Sequence record: MH460460.1
DNA length: 64,000 nt
Reading direction: 5' to 3' (one strand)
Positions 19,033-28,042 of the stretch are shown one piece after another. How positions within the stretch are numbered: position 1 is the first letter of the stretch; every line of letters begins with the position of its first letter. The notes under the pieces were generated by a model. That model was given only the letters and a program-made list of their open reading frames with translations. It made no database searches and was not told the origin of the DNA. The position numbers were made by a program, and so were the translations under genes.

Positions 19033-19704
19033 ATGATTCCTCGTATCAAGACGCCAACAACCGAAGGTAAATTTTTCAACATTGATAATCGTTGGTGTGA
19101 GCGGTACAGATTTTTTCTTCCTGTTAGAGTTTATAAAGAAGGATCTGAACCTAAAAGTATTTTCGTTTTTGTCAAAGCAGACAAAGATACTCCACGCGCA
19201 ATTCATGAATATGTTTTTCCTTGTCTGCACGCGCATTATTCTGATGACGGTATCACGAATGTCGAAGCTGTTCGTTTTGCTGTCCGTACTGATCGCTTTC
19301 TTCCGCTGTCACATCTGACAAGCCATTATGCTTATCTCGGTATGCTTCCTGATGTTCGTGTTGCTCAAGATGGCGAACATTTCCTTGTGCCGTTTCTCTG
19401 CAAAGAAACAGGCGTAATCAATCCTCGACACAATCCCCGTCCGTTGATTGAAGTTTTCGCAGACGTGAATACACGTTTGTATTCTCCAGAAGTTGATCGT
19501 TTCTATTCTGAAACGCTTCCTCTTTGGGAAGATCCTTTTGAGAATTCTTGGAGTGAGATCTGTAAATCTATTTCTGAGGGAAGCCTTGAATTGGATTTTG
19601 CTTGCAATATTCCTTCTGAATTGCTGCGACCAGAAAACGATGTGATTCCTCGTGAACTTCTCGATCACGTTTTTACAGAACGTAGAAATAGGAACACTCG
19701 ATGA
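19033..19704 (+). CDS. Hypothetical protein, paralog of the previous gene
   Basis: GGAG RBS before ATG 19033; AYLGMLPDVR and WSEICKSISEG. Confidence 0.8.
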   Translation: MIPRIKTPTTEGKFFNIDNRWCERYRFFLPVRVYKEGSEPKSIFVFVKADKDTPRAIHEYVFPCLHAHYSDDGITNVEAVRFAVRTDRFLPLSHLTSHYAYLGMLPDVRVAQDGEHFLVPFLCKETGVINPRHNPRPLIEVFADVNTRLYSPEVDRFYSETLPLWEDPFENSWSEICKSISEGSLELDFACNIPSELLRPENDVIPRELLDHVFTERRNRNTR

Positions 19705-19919
19705 ATCCACTACATGCAAGTCAGACCGCTTTCTATGTTCTTGGTTCCATCACGCTTCTCGCACATCTTCTTTCTTTGGTCTACCGTTATATGAAGATTG
19801 TTGAAATGCGTCAGAAGCGACGGGCAAAAATTGCGAAACAGAAAACGCCTCTCGATAAAATTCGTGCCCGTTTGAAACAGGCAAAGCGCGAGGCGATCTA
19901 TCGACCGAAGAAACTCTAA
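19701..19919 (+). CDS. Small single-TM protein with a basic tail
   Basis: FYVLGSITLLAHLLSLVY followed by an R/K-rich tail; ATGA overlap. Confidence 0.75.
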   Translation: MNPLHASQTAFYVLGSITLLAHLLSLVYRYMKIVEMRQKRRAKIAKQKTPLDKIRARLKQAKREAIYRPKKL

Positions 19920-19927
19920 GGATAAAT

Positions 19928-20137
19928 ATGAGAACAAGTTTGACTGTTGCGATCATGGCGCTTGTTGCCAAACAGCATAACATTGAAGTTGTGTGTAGTC
20001 AGAGCATTGAAAATGATGCAACGTGCGGTTGGTTTGAGCGCGAGCGTGAACAAAGATCTGCACCGCATTGGCAGACGCGTGCGCAATACAAGAAACTTGT
20101 TCTTCCTAAGAGGTCACGTAAATCTAAACGGAGATAA
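19928..20137 (+). CDS. Small basic hypothetical protein
   Basis: AAGGA RBS. Confidence 0.7.
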   Translation: MRTSLTVAIMALVAKQHNIEVVCSQSIENDATCGWFEREREQRSAPHWQTRAQYKKLVLPKRSRKSKRR

Positions 20138-20139
20138 CC

Positions 20140-20346
20140 ATGAAACAGTACGGAGATAAAATTCTCGGATTACTTTGGTTTTTCGCTGCTCTTGCTGCTG
20201 GACTATTTTTTATTTTCTGGCTGAAAGAAAATCCCCCTGTTCGCACCGCTCGCTATGTTGCGATCTGTGTAGGCTTTATCGCGCTCTTGGTTATGACAAG
20301 CCAGCGCTCTTATTTCTATTTCAGAAAAGAGAGAAATCGCAGATGA
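20140..20346 (+). CDS. Small two-TM membrane protein
   Basis: GGAG RBS; two hydrophobic segments. Confidence 0.75.
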   Translation: MKQYGDKILGLLWFFAALAAGLFFIFWLKENPPVRTARYVAICVGFIALLVMTSQRSYFYFRKERNRR

Positions 20347-20843
20347 ATACTTTGGCAACTCTGCTTTCAAGCATGGCTGAAATTGTCGCTAATCATGAAA
20401 CCATGAGCGAAGATGAAGCACGCAATTTGTATTTCCGTCGCATTGCAAACGTGCGTGCCAAACTGTCTCGCAATTTAGATAGCACTTGGGATGATGACTC
20501 GCGTTCCTTGTTCGAGAGTTTGGAATCTGCTCGCACTCTTTCTGAGAACATAAAAGATTTTATCGCGTATCGAATCATTTTCTTTTGCGAAAAACGATTC
20601 AAAGATTTTGATTGGTCTTCAATGTCTGTAAGAGATCTACAGGCTTGGGGTTTTGTTCCTGCTGGTTTCACGCAGAACACAAATTTTCCGATGATGCGCA
20701 TTCCGCTTTATCTGGTTCCTGTTTTTCCAAAAGGCGTCGTGGTCATGAAAGAATCTATGGACGTTGGTTATCCGTGGACAGGCAACGAAGACTTCTCTTA
20801 TTCAAACGGCACGATTGATTATCGTCTGGTGCTAAGGAATTAA
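20343..20843 (+). CDS. Hypothetical protein
   Basis: ATGA overlap at 20343. Confidence 0.75.
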   Translation: MNTLATLLSSMAEIVANHETMSEDEARNLYFRRIANVRAKLSRNLDSTWDDDSRSLFESLESARTLSENIKDFIAYRIIFFCEKRFKDFDWSSMSVRDLQAWGFVPAGFTQNTNFPMMRIPLYLVPVFPKGVVVMKESMDVGYPWTGNEDFSYSNGTIDYRLVLRN

Positions 20844-20844
20844 A

Positions 20845-21561
20845 ATGGCTAACATGCTCAAACAGAGTGAACGTAAATTCATTTTCGCAGCCAACGCCGA
20901 ATCTATGTCGGCAATGAGCTATACAATTCACACTGCCGAAAAAGTAGAATCAGGCAACAAAGAAATTTATGTTGGCCTGCATTTTCAGCACGAATCGAAA
21001 GTAACTATTCATAACGAGGCAGCAATTCCTCTGAATGGTTTCGTGCGCAAGCTACAATTGCTGCATACCAAACTGATAGAGATCGTCGATGCTATGCGCG
21101 ACGAGAAGCCTGTTTGTTTTCGCGTGTGGCTCGATCAAGATGTGAAGTATTTCACCTCTTCTATTTGCGCGATGATTGGCGACAACGAATATGGTTTTGT
21201 TGAACTGGCATCCTGCACAAAAACGATTCGTTTTAATCTCGATAATCGTGAAGAAGTGCGCCTCGGTTTTATCAACATGGCAGTGTTCATTGCCGATCTT
21301 ATAGGCGTGCTGCAAACTCGCTACAGCAAATACTTTATCGACGTAGAAAAACTGCGCAAAAGTATTCCGCGATTGAAGCGTGTTTTCGCAGAGCATGTTT
21401 CAACCTACAACATTCAGACGAAAGATGAATTCGACAAAGCATTGGAGAAGTTCATCGCAAAAGAATCACGCGGCGACAACGATGCTACTTCTTTCCTGTA
21501 TGCTGAGTTGGAACAGTACGCCGAAGATCTTCGTCTCGATAACGAACAGTGGGAACTCTAA
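20845..21561 (+). CDS. Hypothetical protein
   Basis: AAGGA RBS, 238 aa. Confidence 0.8.
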   Translation: MANMLKQSERKFIFAANAESMSAMSYTIHTAEKVESGNKEIYVGLHFQHESKVTIHNEAAIPLNGFVRKLQLLHTKLIEIVDAMRDEKPVCFRVWLDQDVKYFTSSICAMIGDNEYGFVELASCTKTIRFNLDNREEVRLGFINMAVFIADLIGVLQTRYSKYFIDVEKLRKSIPRLKRVFAEHVSTYNIQTKDEFDKALEKFIAKESRGDNDATSFLYAELEQYAEDLRLDNEQWEL

Positions 21562-21803
21562 TGGACAGACACTGCCGCGCTTTTGATTTGATAGTTCAGG
21601 AACTCAAGCGAGAACTTCGCAGCGAAGATATTGCGCCTGAGAAATTCGCACGTATTGAAAAAGCACTAACCGATCTGCGCGACCTGCATATCTATCAGGC
21701 GGTAGAATCTGGCCTTGAGCATAAAAATATTGCGCTTGGCTACAGCATGAGTACCGGGCGCGTTACTCAAACGCACAACGCAATGAAAAGGAAGTTCCCG
21801 TGA
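21561..21803 (+). CDS. Small helical hypothetical protein
   Basis: TAATG overlap. Confidence 0.7.
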   Translation: MDRHCRAFDLIVQELKRELRSEDIAPEKFARIEKALTDLRDLHIYQAVESGLEHKNIALGYSMSTGRVTQTHNAMKRKFP

Positions 21804-22261
21804 ACACTTTTCTAATGTTACCTACTGAGCATAATCTGGCTTACGCTTTTGGACACAAACAATTCAATAAGACAGATTCTGATTTAAATTTCTGGCGAGC
21901 GCATTTTAGTTCCCCTCGGCTTATGGATGTTCGCTCTCATAAAAGTTTAGGCGCTCCGCAAGTTGGTTATTCGTTTTTGAGCGAGCATTCTATGCTCTGC
22001 GACAACCGATTTAAAACTGAGGCCATCACATACACAAATATGATGTGGCACAACTCGCTTGATAGTTTTCGCACCGATGATCCGAACTTCCCCTACGCAA
22101 TTCAGATCTGGAGTGTGGAACCTAAAGAAATGTCTGAGCGCTTCTTAGCTGCTGCCGTTATTCTTTCGTTCACGGATTATGATCTCTCCGATCCGCGCAC
22201 TGGAATTGCTGTTAATGAAATGGCGTTGGAGTTTGACCTGCCTTTAAAACCTTTGGAGTGA
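21800..22261 (+). CDS. Hypothetical protein
   Basis: GTGA overlap, AGGA RBS. Confidence 0.75.
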   Translation: MNTFLMLPTEHNLAYAFGHKQFNKTDSDLNFWRAHFSSPRLMDVRSHKSLGAPQVGYSFLSEHSMLCDNRFKTEAITYTNMMWHNSLDSFRTDDPNFPYAIQIWSVEPKEMSERFLAAAVILSFTDYDLSDPRTGIAVNEMALEFDLPLKPLE

Positions 22262-22884
22262 TTATGTCTCACCTGTTCACGCTGGCGCACCGTAAACAAA
22301 AACAGAAACCTTCTGATCACGAACACTACCACGGCGATTTCTGTGAGAAACAATATCTGATGGGTATGCGCCTTTCTGCTCGCGCAAAAGAACTGCGCAA
22401 ATTGATCAAGTTTAAACGCAACTCTATTGAAACGTTGCGTAGGCATCTGTGCAAAAGTGATAACCACGAACTTTACTGGAAAGAAGTGCGCGACACCAAA
22501 AACAATCCTGTAACTCTCGCTGAGTTGCGTGCTGAGTTGGCGCAGACAGAAGCAATGCTCCGCACGGTTAAAGTTAACTATGAACTTGCCTTCATGGTTT
22601 CTCGGTCATTTGATCGCACGCATATTCAGAACAGAATCGTGTGGGAATCTCATCGCCTCGGAAAGAAAGTTTTCGATCCTGAGTTTCAAACAGATTTGAT
22701 AATCGGAATTGCGAGCGCTAAAGATTCAGAATGCGCTGAGGTTCAATCCAAAATTCTGAAAGGTCGTGAAGTTCACTGTTCGAGTGGCGCATTCTTTTCG
22801 CTGCCTCCCGAAAATGAATTCGGAAAGCATTTGCAGTTTCCCGTAACTCACACAATTCGCATGACAGCTAAAGGTGAAAAATGA
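22258..22884 (+). CDS. Hypothetical protein with coiled coil
   Basis: GTGA overlap; alternative ATG at 22264. Confidence 0.75.
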   Translation: MIMSHLFTLAHRKQKQKPSDHEHYHGDFCEKQYLMGMRLSARAKELRKLIKFKRNSIETLRRHLCKSDNHELYWKEVRDTKNNPVTLAELRAELAQTEAMLRTVKVNYELAFMVSRSFDRTHIQNRIVWESHRLGKKVFDPEFQTDLIIGIASAKDSECAEVQSKILKGREVHCSSGAFFSLPPENEFGKHLQFPVTHTIRMTAKGEK

Positions 22885-23423
22885 AAGGCAGAAGTGTTGG
22901 CGTAACTTTAACTTATTTTCTTCGACACAATCCTGCGCAGATCGGATTGGAAATGGATTCGCAGGGTTGGGTTGATGCACGCGATTTGGTGAACAAGTGC
23001 GATAAGCTGGTTGATATGGATCAGCTAATCTCTGTTGTGAAAAATGACGAGAAACGTCGCTTCGAATTTACAGACGATTTTAAAAAGATTCGTTGCGCAC
23101 AAGGTCACTCGCTCGACTTCGTGAAAATTGATTATGAGTCTTTAGTGCCTCCGGATATTCTTTATCACGGAACCAACATCAATAACGTTAACGATATTCT
23201 GATTAACGGCGTGCGCAGTATGAATCGAAATCTGGTTCATCTTTCTCACGATTGGGTAACGGCTGAAAATGTCGGTTCGCGGAAGAAAGCTGTTTGCCGT
23301 GTTCTCTACATTAGTGCGCGTGCGATGCACGATGCTGGCTATAAGCTGTATCGCTCAAACAACGGCGTATGGCTAACGGATTTCGTGCCGCCTGAGTTTA
23401 TCCGGGCAGATAAACCCGCATAA
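22881..23423 (+). CDS. kptA: RNA 2'-phosphotransferase, Tpt1/KptA family
   Basis: LRHNP...LEMDSQGWV, KRRF, IRCAQGHS, LYHGT, VHLS, SNNGVWL. Confidence 0.95.
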   Translation: MKGRSVGVTLTYFLRHNPAQIGLEMDSQGWVDARDLVNKCDKLVDMDQLISVVKNDEKRRFEFTDDFKKIRCAQGHSLDFVKIDYESLVPPDILYHGTNINNVNDILINGVRSMNRNLVHLSHDWVTAENVGSRKKAVCRVLYISARAMHDAGYKLYRSNNGVWLTDFVPPEFIRADKPA

Positions 23424-23480
23424 CTCCGCAAATCCCTGTCCAAAAATCCGCTGTCTTTTCGCAAGCCTTTCCTGTATCCT
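23424..23480 (+). promoter_or_regulatory. Bipartite-box promoter, copy 3
   Basis: CTCCGCAAA-N4-TGTCCAAAA-N29-TATCCT. Confidence 0.8.
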
Positions 23481-23525
23481 AAAGGGGAAGGCTTTTCCGT
23501 TTAAACCCAAACTAAAGGATTATAT

Positions 23526-23918
23526 ATGAAACCGTTAACTACTCCCGTTGAACTTCCTGAATACCTGCGTGCTGCTTACTCGGATATGACTGACGCTCTT
23601 TCCGATCAGTTTGAGAAGCACGGTTTAGACCAGCAAGAAATTGCAACTTATCTTGCGGCGCAATTAGTTTCTTTGCTTCCGGATCTCGGCGTGACAAGTT
23701 TAACTCCGATCCTGCATACAACTCTTCCGGTTCGTGTCGGTCTTTTAGATGCGCATGAAAATTCTGTAGCGCTGATGGAAAAGATCGAACAGTTGGATGA
23801 CGATTCTGTTGATGAATACATTCAACAACTGCGCAAAAGTAATCTCGCGCCTGAGAAGTTTTCTTGCAAAAACATTGCGCGTAAATGGTTACGTCTTTTC
23901 ATGGCAACAAATAAGTAA
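23526..23918 (+). CDS. Hypothetical helical protein
   Basis: AAGGA RBS, downstream of promoter copy 3. Confidence 0.8.
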   Translation: MKPLTTPVELPEYLRAAYSDMTDALSDQFEKHGLDQQEIATYLAAQLVSLLPDLGVTSLTPILHTTLPVRVGLLDAHENSVALMEKIEQLDDDSVDEYIQQLRKSNLAPEKFSCKNIARKWLRLFMATNK

Positions 23919-23927
23919 GGAATAGAA

Positions 23928-24185
23928 ATGGCAGTTGGTTTCACAAAAGATGATGGTGTGCATGACACTATCGAAAGCAACACTCAAAACGAAATTGATT
24001 ATGCTCGCGCACAACTTATGGGCGCTGGAAGCAAACACTGTTTAGAGTGTGGTACGAAAATTCCAGAGGCGCGACGTAAAGTAATGCCTAACGCAAAATA
24101 CTGCGTCGCTCATCAAGCTGAACATGACGGTTCATCTTACACTTACTACAACCGTCGCGGTTCGAAAGACTCTCAACTGAGGTGA
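23928..24185 (+). CDS. ybiI: DksA/TraR-family zinc-finger protein, YbiI-like
   Basis: CLECGTKIPEARR...YCVAHQ and C-terminal YNRRGSKDSQLR, as in enterobacterial YbiI. Confidence 0.9.
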   Translation: MAVGFTKDDGVHDTIESNTQNEIDYARAQLMGAGSKHCLECGTKIPEARRKVMPNAKYCVAHQAEHDGSSYTYYNRRGSKDSQLR

Positions 24186-24496
24186 ATATGGAATGGTTTC
24201 TAGTTGCGTTTGGTCTGCGTTATCCTTCGGCAGAATACGCACTGAATATGTCTAAGGCGTGCGTGCAAATTTCTCCAACGTCCTATGTTGTCAAAAGCAA
24301 AACAGGATTTGCAGACGCAGTAAACAAAGAGACTGCCAGACTCTCTATTACGCACGCGATTCCGGACACGTTGAAAAAACGTGAAGCACATTTAAAACAA
24401 GCGTCGGATATTAGATATCCGTGCATGATTTTCTTTTCCGACGATTCAATGCAGATCGTAAATATTGATTACGATCAATCTGACGCTATGGAGTGA
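24182..24496 (+). CDS. Hypothetical protein
   Basis: GTGA overlap; alternative ATG at 24188. Confidence 0.7.
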   Translation: MNMEWFLVAFGLRYPSAEYALNMSKACVQISPTSYVVKSKTGFADAVNKETARLSITHAIPDTLKKREAHLKQASDIRYPCMIFFSDDSMQIVNIDYDQSDAME

Positions 24497-24498
24497 TT

Positions 24499-24639
24499 AT
24501 GGCCGACAAAGAAGAACAGCCTTATTCTCGCTGCACTGATTGCGGTGAAGATCTTGAAGAAGGCGAAGTGTATGGTGAGTGGGATGATTTATGCGAGTCC
24601 TGCTTTTATCAACGCGAACGTGAAGGAAGGGGATCGTAA
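24499..24639 (+). CDS. 46-aa acidic C4 zinc-finger peptide (below the track cutoff)
   Basis: GGAG RBS; CTDC...CESC; TAATG overlap with the next gene. Confidence 0.7.
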   Translation: MADKEEQPYSRCTDCGEDLEEGEVYGEWDDLCESCFYQREREGRGS

Positions 24640-25073
24640 TGTATCATAGCGCTCTCGATCAGGAGGAACCAATCTCTCCTGTTCAGTTTGAAGAAATAAA
24701 GAAAGACCAAAAGAAACAGCAACGCAATTTTATTCGCAATGCAATCAAGCGCATCAATTTATGCTTGGTTGAAATTGCAGGCGGCGAAACTCCTACGCCG
24801 TTCTACGGACGGCATCGCGGTAGTGGTGGCGATTACATGAAACAGTATCAAGAATACTGCGAATGGCTCGAAGGTGAATACGCCCAAAAAGAATTGGATC
24901 TGGTTCCCGGTTTAATTCATTTGGAATTGTGCCACTGCGATTGTGTAGATCCTCCTGCGCTGTACAAAGAACTTCGTGATCGTCTTATCGCTTCCGGTTG
25001 GGGCGAAAGCACGCGAGTGCATAAACGTGCTGGCCCAGAAAATATGGTTTGGGTTAGTCTGGACGAAATCTAA
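24639..25073 (+). CDS. Hypothetical protein
   Basis: 144-aa ORF in operon context. Confidence 0.75.
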   Translation: MYHSALDQEEPISPVQFEEIKKDQKKQQRNFIRNAIKRINLCLVEIAGGETPTPFYGRHRGSGGDYMKQYQEYCEWLEGEYAQKELDLVPGLIHLELCHCDCVDPPALYKELRDRLIASGWGESTRVHKRAGPENMVWVSLDEI

Positions 25074-25092
25074 AAGCAGAAGAGGAAGAAAA

Positions 25093-25542
25093 ATGATCCC
25101 AAATCATTTTAAACTAAAAACGATTGGCTGTGACACAATCACTCCAATCGTTCTGCGCGAACTCCATTTGCAGATGGAGAAAAATGTTAAAGTCGATCTT
25201 GCTGAGGCGTTCACTCTGCTGATGGAAGCGCAAGCGTTGTACATTGATTTGCGCCAGCAAGAATCGGGTCAGTCTGCTGATTACTATTATGCTGAGATCG
25301 GCAGAGGCATCGAAAACCTTCTCATTAAATATTCGCTTGAGTGGGTACTCGATCCAAACAAACTGGAAGAATACGTTCTGAAATTTATTACTGAACGTAA
25401 CTTCAAAAAAGTAACGGATACCGTTTATGAAAACACTTGTCCGGATGCGCAGTATTCTTTTTATGAGGCGCGTATCTTCTCTGCAATCTTCACTGACAGT
25501 TTTGCAGCAAGTGATTTCGGAAGTATCATTGTAGAGCATTGA
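25093..25542 (+). CDS. Hypothetical protein
   Basis: GAGGA RBS before ATG 25093. Confidence 0.75.
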   Translation: MIPNHFKLKTIGCDTITPIVLRELHLQMEKNVKVDLAEAFTLLMEAQALYIDLRQQESGQSADYYYAEIGRGIENLLIKYSLEWVLDPNKLEEYVLKFITERNFKKVTDTVYENTCPDAQYSFYEARIFSAIFTDSFAASDFGSIIVEH

Positions 25543-25550
25543 GGTAGTAA

Positions 25551-26513
25551 ATGCGCGTAGGGTTCGCTTGTAAATATATGGGGAAAGACGGCAAACAGCC
25601 TTTCCCGTCTCGCACCGTCACGGCTTCTCGTTTATCGCTTTTGCAGCGCGACGAGCAAATAGAAAAACTGATTGAGATCGGCTTACACAATATTCGTTCC
25701 GTTCATGCAATGGCACGTATGTTAGCGATACGATCTGAAATGAAACGCATGATGCGAATCACAAGCGAACTCCTACCGCTTTTTACTCACAAAGATTTCA
25801 GTGCTATTAGTCGCAAGTATGTTTTGCCTGCGGTTGAAAAGCCTTTGCGTGAGTTAGGTGACTTTGCTCGACTGCATCGCATTAGACTTTCATTTCATCC
25901 GGGTCAGTTTACCGTGCTTGCTAGTGATAGGCCGGAAGTCGTAGAAAACTCCATTCGCGATCTTGAGTATCACACTCTGATTGCTTCGCTCATGGGTTAC
26001 GGCAAAAAATTTCAAGATTTCAAAATCAACATTCACCTGAGCGGCAAACTCGGCGCAGACGGATTCAGAAAGAATTTTAAAAGACTTTCTCCTGAGTGCC
26101 GCCGCATGTTGACAGTTGAGAATGACGAGCTTACAAGCCATGTTGAGGACTGCTTACGTCTCTCTGATCTTTGCCCGGTGGTGTTAGACATTCATCACCA
26201 TTGGGTTATGACGAACGAATACATTCAACCAAATGATCCACGCGTGCAACTGGTTATCGAAAGCTGGCGCGGCGTTCGTCCTACTATGCACTATTCTGTT
26301 TCACGTCCTGAATTCGTTCCTTCTGATGTTTTTCCGGATCAGAACAAACTATCTGTTCCAAAAACTAAGTTGCGTGCGCATTCAGATTATTTTCACAATC
26401 AACTTGTAAACGCGTGGGCGCTGTCCTTCGACTCGTTCGATATTATGTGCGAGTCGAAAGCTAAAAACCTAGCGGTAGTTGATTTGTTGCAGAGGCAAAA
26501 AGTATGTCCTTAA
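25551..26513 (+). CDS. uvsE: UV DNA damage endonuclease (UVDE/UvsE family)
   Basis: MMRITSELLP, RLSFHPGQFTVL, INIH, LTVENDE, VVLDIHHH, HYS, RAHSD, DIMCESKAK. Confidence 0.95.
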   Translation: MRVGFACKYMGKDGKQPFPSRTVTASRLSLLQRDEQIEKLIEIGLHNIRSVHAMARMLAIRSEMKRMMRITSELLPLFTHKDFSAISRKYVLPAVEKPLRELGDFARLHRIRLSFHPGQFTVLASDRPEVVENSIRDLEYHTLIASLMGYGKKFQDFKINIHLSGKLGADGFRKNFKRLSPECRRMLTVENDELTSHVEDCLRLSDLCPVVLDIHHHWVMTNEYIQPNDPRVQLVIESWRGVRPTMHYSVSRPEFVPSDVFPDQNKLSVPKTKLRAHSDYFHNQLVNAWALSFDSFDIMCESKAKNLAVVDLLQRQKVCP

Positions 26514-26605
26514 AGAAATTTATTCGTACCGTTCGTTTTCGTTTCAACAACTGGCGTATGCGTCGCCTGCATAAGCAGTGCGATAAGCTAATGACTAAAA
26601 AGTGA
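26504..26605 (+). CDS. 33-aa basic peptide
   Basis: GAGG RBS; MSLKKFIRTVRFRFNNWRMRRLHKQCDKLMTKK fills the gap exactly. Confidence 0.55.
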   Translation: MSLKKFIRTVRFRFNNWRMRRLHKQCDKLMTKK

Positions 26606-27423
26606 GGCTTACCGTGAAAAACTATGCGACTCTTTCTGAGTTAGTATCTGGCGTTCGATTCGCTCTTGTGGTGGAACGTATGAACGTCTCTGAACTTAAT
26701 CCGGACTTTGTGAACGAGCTTGAAAAAGCAGAGGCCAGCGCTCATCCAAAAGAATTGCAGAACTACGCAATCGCTGCTCTGCAAAACTGTAAATTCTCCA
26801 TAACCAAAACTGTTCTGAATCAGGTTAGCAGTATGGCGGCAGAACATCCATTGTTTGATCGTCCGTTTGAAATCATTTCTGACGCCGACATTAAACAGTT
26901 TCTGATTTCTCTCCCTAGTGAGAAATTGGTTACTGCGTGCCGCGCCTGTAACGTTCTTGTAGACCACGGACACCTTCGCGATAGCGCGGAAGAGTTAGCA
27001 CGTCTCTCTTCGATTCGTCTGCTTACCTTCATGCCGTCTGCTGAGTTGTCAGAAGTGGAATCTCTGAACCGTCTGGAACTCTTTGCATTCGCTGTCGAAC
27101 ATTTTGTATGGGTTCGCCACGTTCAGAAGATCGATGACTTTTTGAAAACAGCGCTGAGTGAAAAACAGCGTGATGATCTTATGGCAAGTCTCGGCGTCGA
27201 TATTACCGACGAAGATTATGAAACAGATATCGACGAAAACATATCTGCGGAACTCGTCGCAACCGGACTCGACGTATTGCAAGACGATGCTGATTGGGTC
27301 GATTGGTCAAGCTGGACTCCAGAAGATCCGACGCTCGATGTTTTCGAAGCGCTCAAATACTCGTATGAAAAACTTACGCCCGAAACCGCAAAGTCTGCGC
27401 GTGATGCGTTAAAGGATAACTAA
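26602..27423 (+). CDS. Acidic helical protein with HeH-like modules
   Basis: GTG start; repeated S/T-xx-E/Q-L-xx-L...G pattern. Confidence 0.75.
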   Translation: MRLTVKNYATLSELVSGVRFALVVERMNVSELNPDFVNELEKAEASAHPKELQNYAIAALQNCKFSITKTVLNQVSSMAAEHPLFDRPFEIISDADIKQFLISLPSEKLVTACRACNVLVDHGHLRDSAEELARLSSIRLLTFMPSAELSEVESLNRLELFAFAVEHFVWVRHVQKIDDFLKTALSEKQRDDLMASLGVDITDEDYETDIDENISAELVATGLDVLQDDADWVDWSSWTPEDPTLDVFEALKYSYEKLTPETAKSARDALKDN

Positions 27424-27430
27424 GGCAACT

Positions 27431-28042
27431 ATGATGAAACAGATCACTTCCGAAGCAGTAATTGGTCGTTTGCTTAATGAGGGTGAATGGTGGTACGCGC
27501 TGGCTTTGTTCTCGGACAAAGATCTGATGGCGCTGTTGCAGTCAATGGGAATTGAAAACGTAGCCAATCAACCGCGAACTAAAATAGTTCTGGTGCTTTC
27601 GCAGCGTCTTTCAGAGAGCGGTAAATACATTGATTTGATCCGCGATTACTTCAATCAGAATTTCCTTGTGCCGTTTGAAATCCCTACGCACAAATCTGAA
27701 TTGTGGTTTAACTTCGGCGACTGCGAAGCGATGGTATCTCAACGGCTGATTAACAGCGAATACGATATCAATATCGATCCGCAAATTCACAAAGATTTTG
27801 TTCTCGACGCGCTCACCATTGAGCAACTTCGCGAAGTGTATAACATCAACAACATCGCTGATGAAGACTTCAAAGATAAAGATCGTGAATGGCTGATTGA
27901 ACAAATCAACCAAATTGATTTTGTCGAAGAGTACGATAACTTTTTGCGTGACTCCGGCGAACTGTCTCACATCAAAACTGAACACGGTGCAATCATTGAA
28001 TTCTTGTTCGGTTCCGCAATCGTAGAAGAGGATGAAGAATAA
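27431..28042 (+). CDS. Acidic protein with two HeH/Rho-N-like modules
   Basis: SDKDLMALLQSMGI...PRTKIV; TIEQLREVYNINNI...DREWLIEQI. Confidence 0.8.
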   Translation: MMKQITSEAVIGRLLNEGEWWYALALFSDKDLMALLQSMGIENVANQPRTKIVLVLSQRLSESGKYIDLIRDYFNQNFLVPFEIPTHKSELWFNFGDCEAMVSQRLINSEYDINIDPQIHKDFVLDALTIEQLREVYNINNIADEDFKDKDREWLIEQINQIDFVEEYDNFLRDSGELSHIKTEHGAIIEFLFGSAIVEEDEE

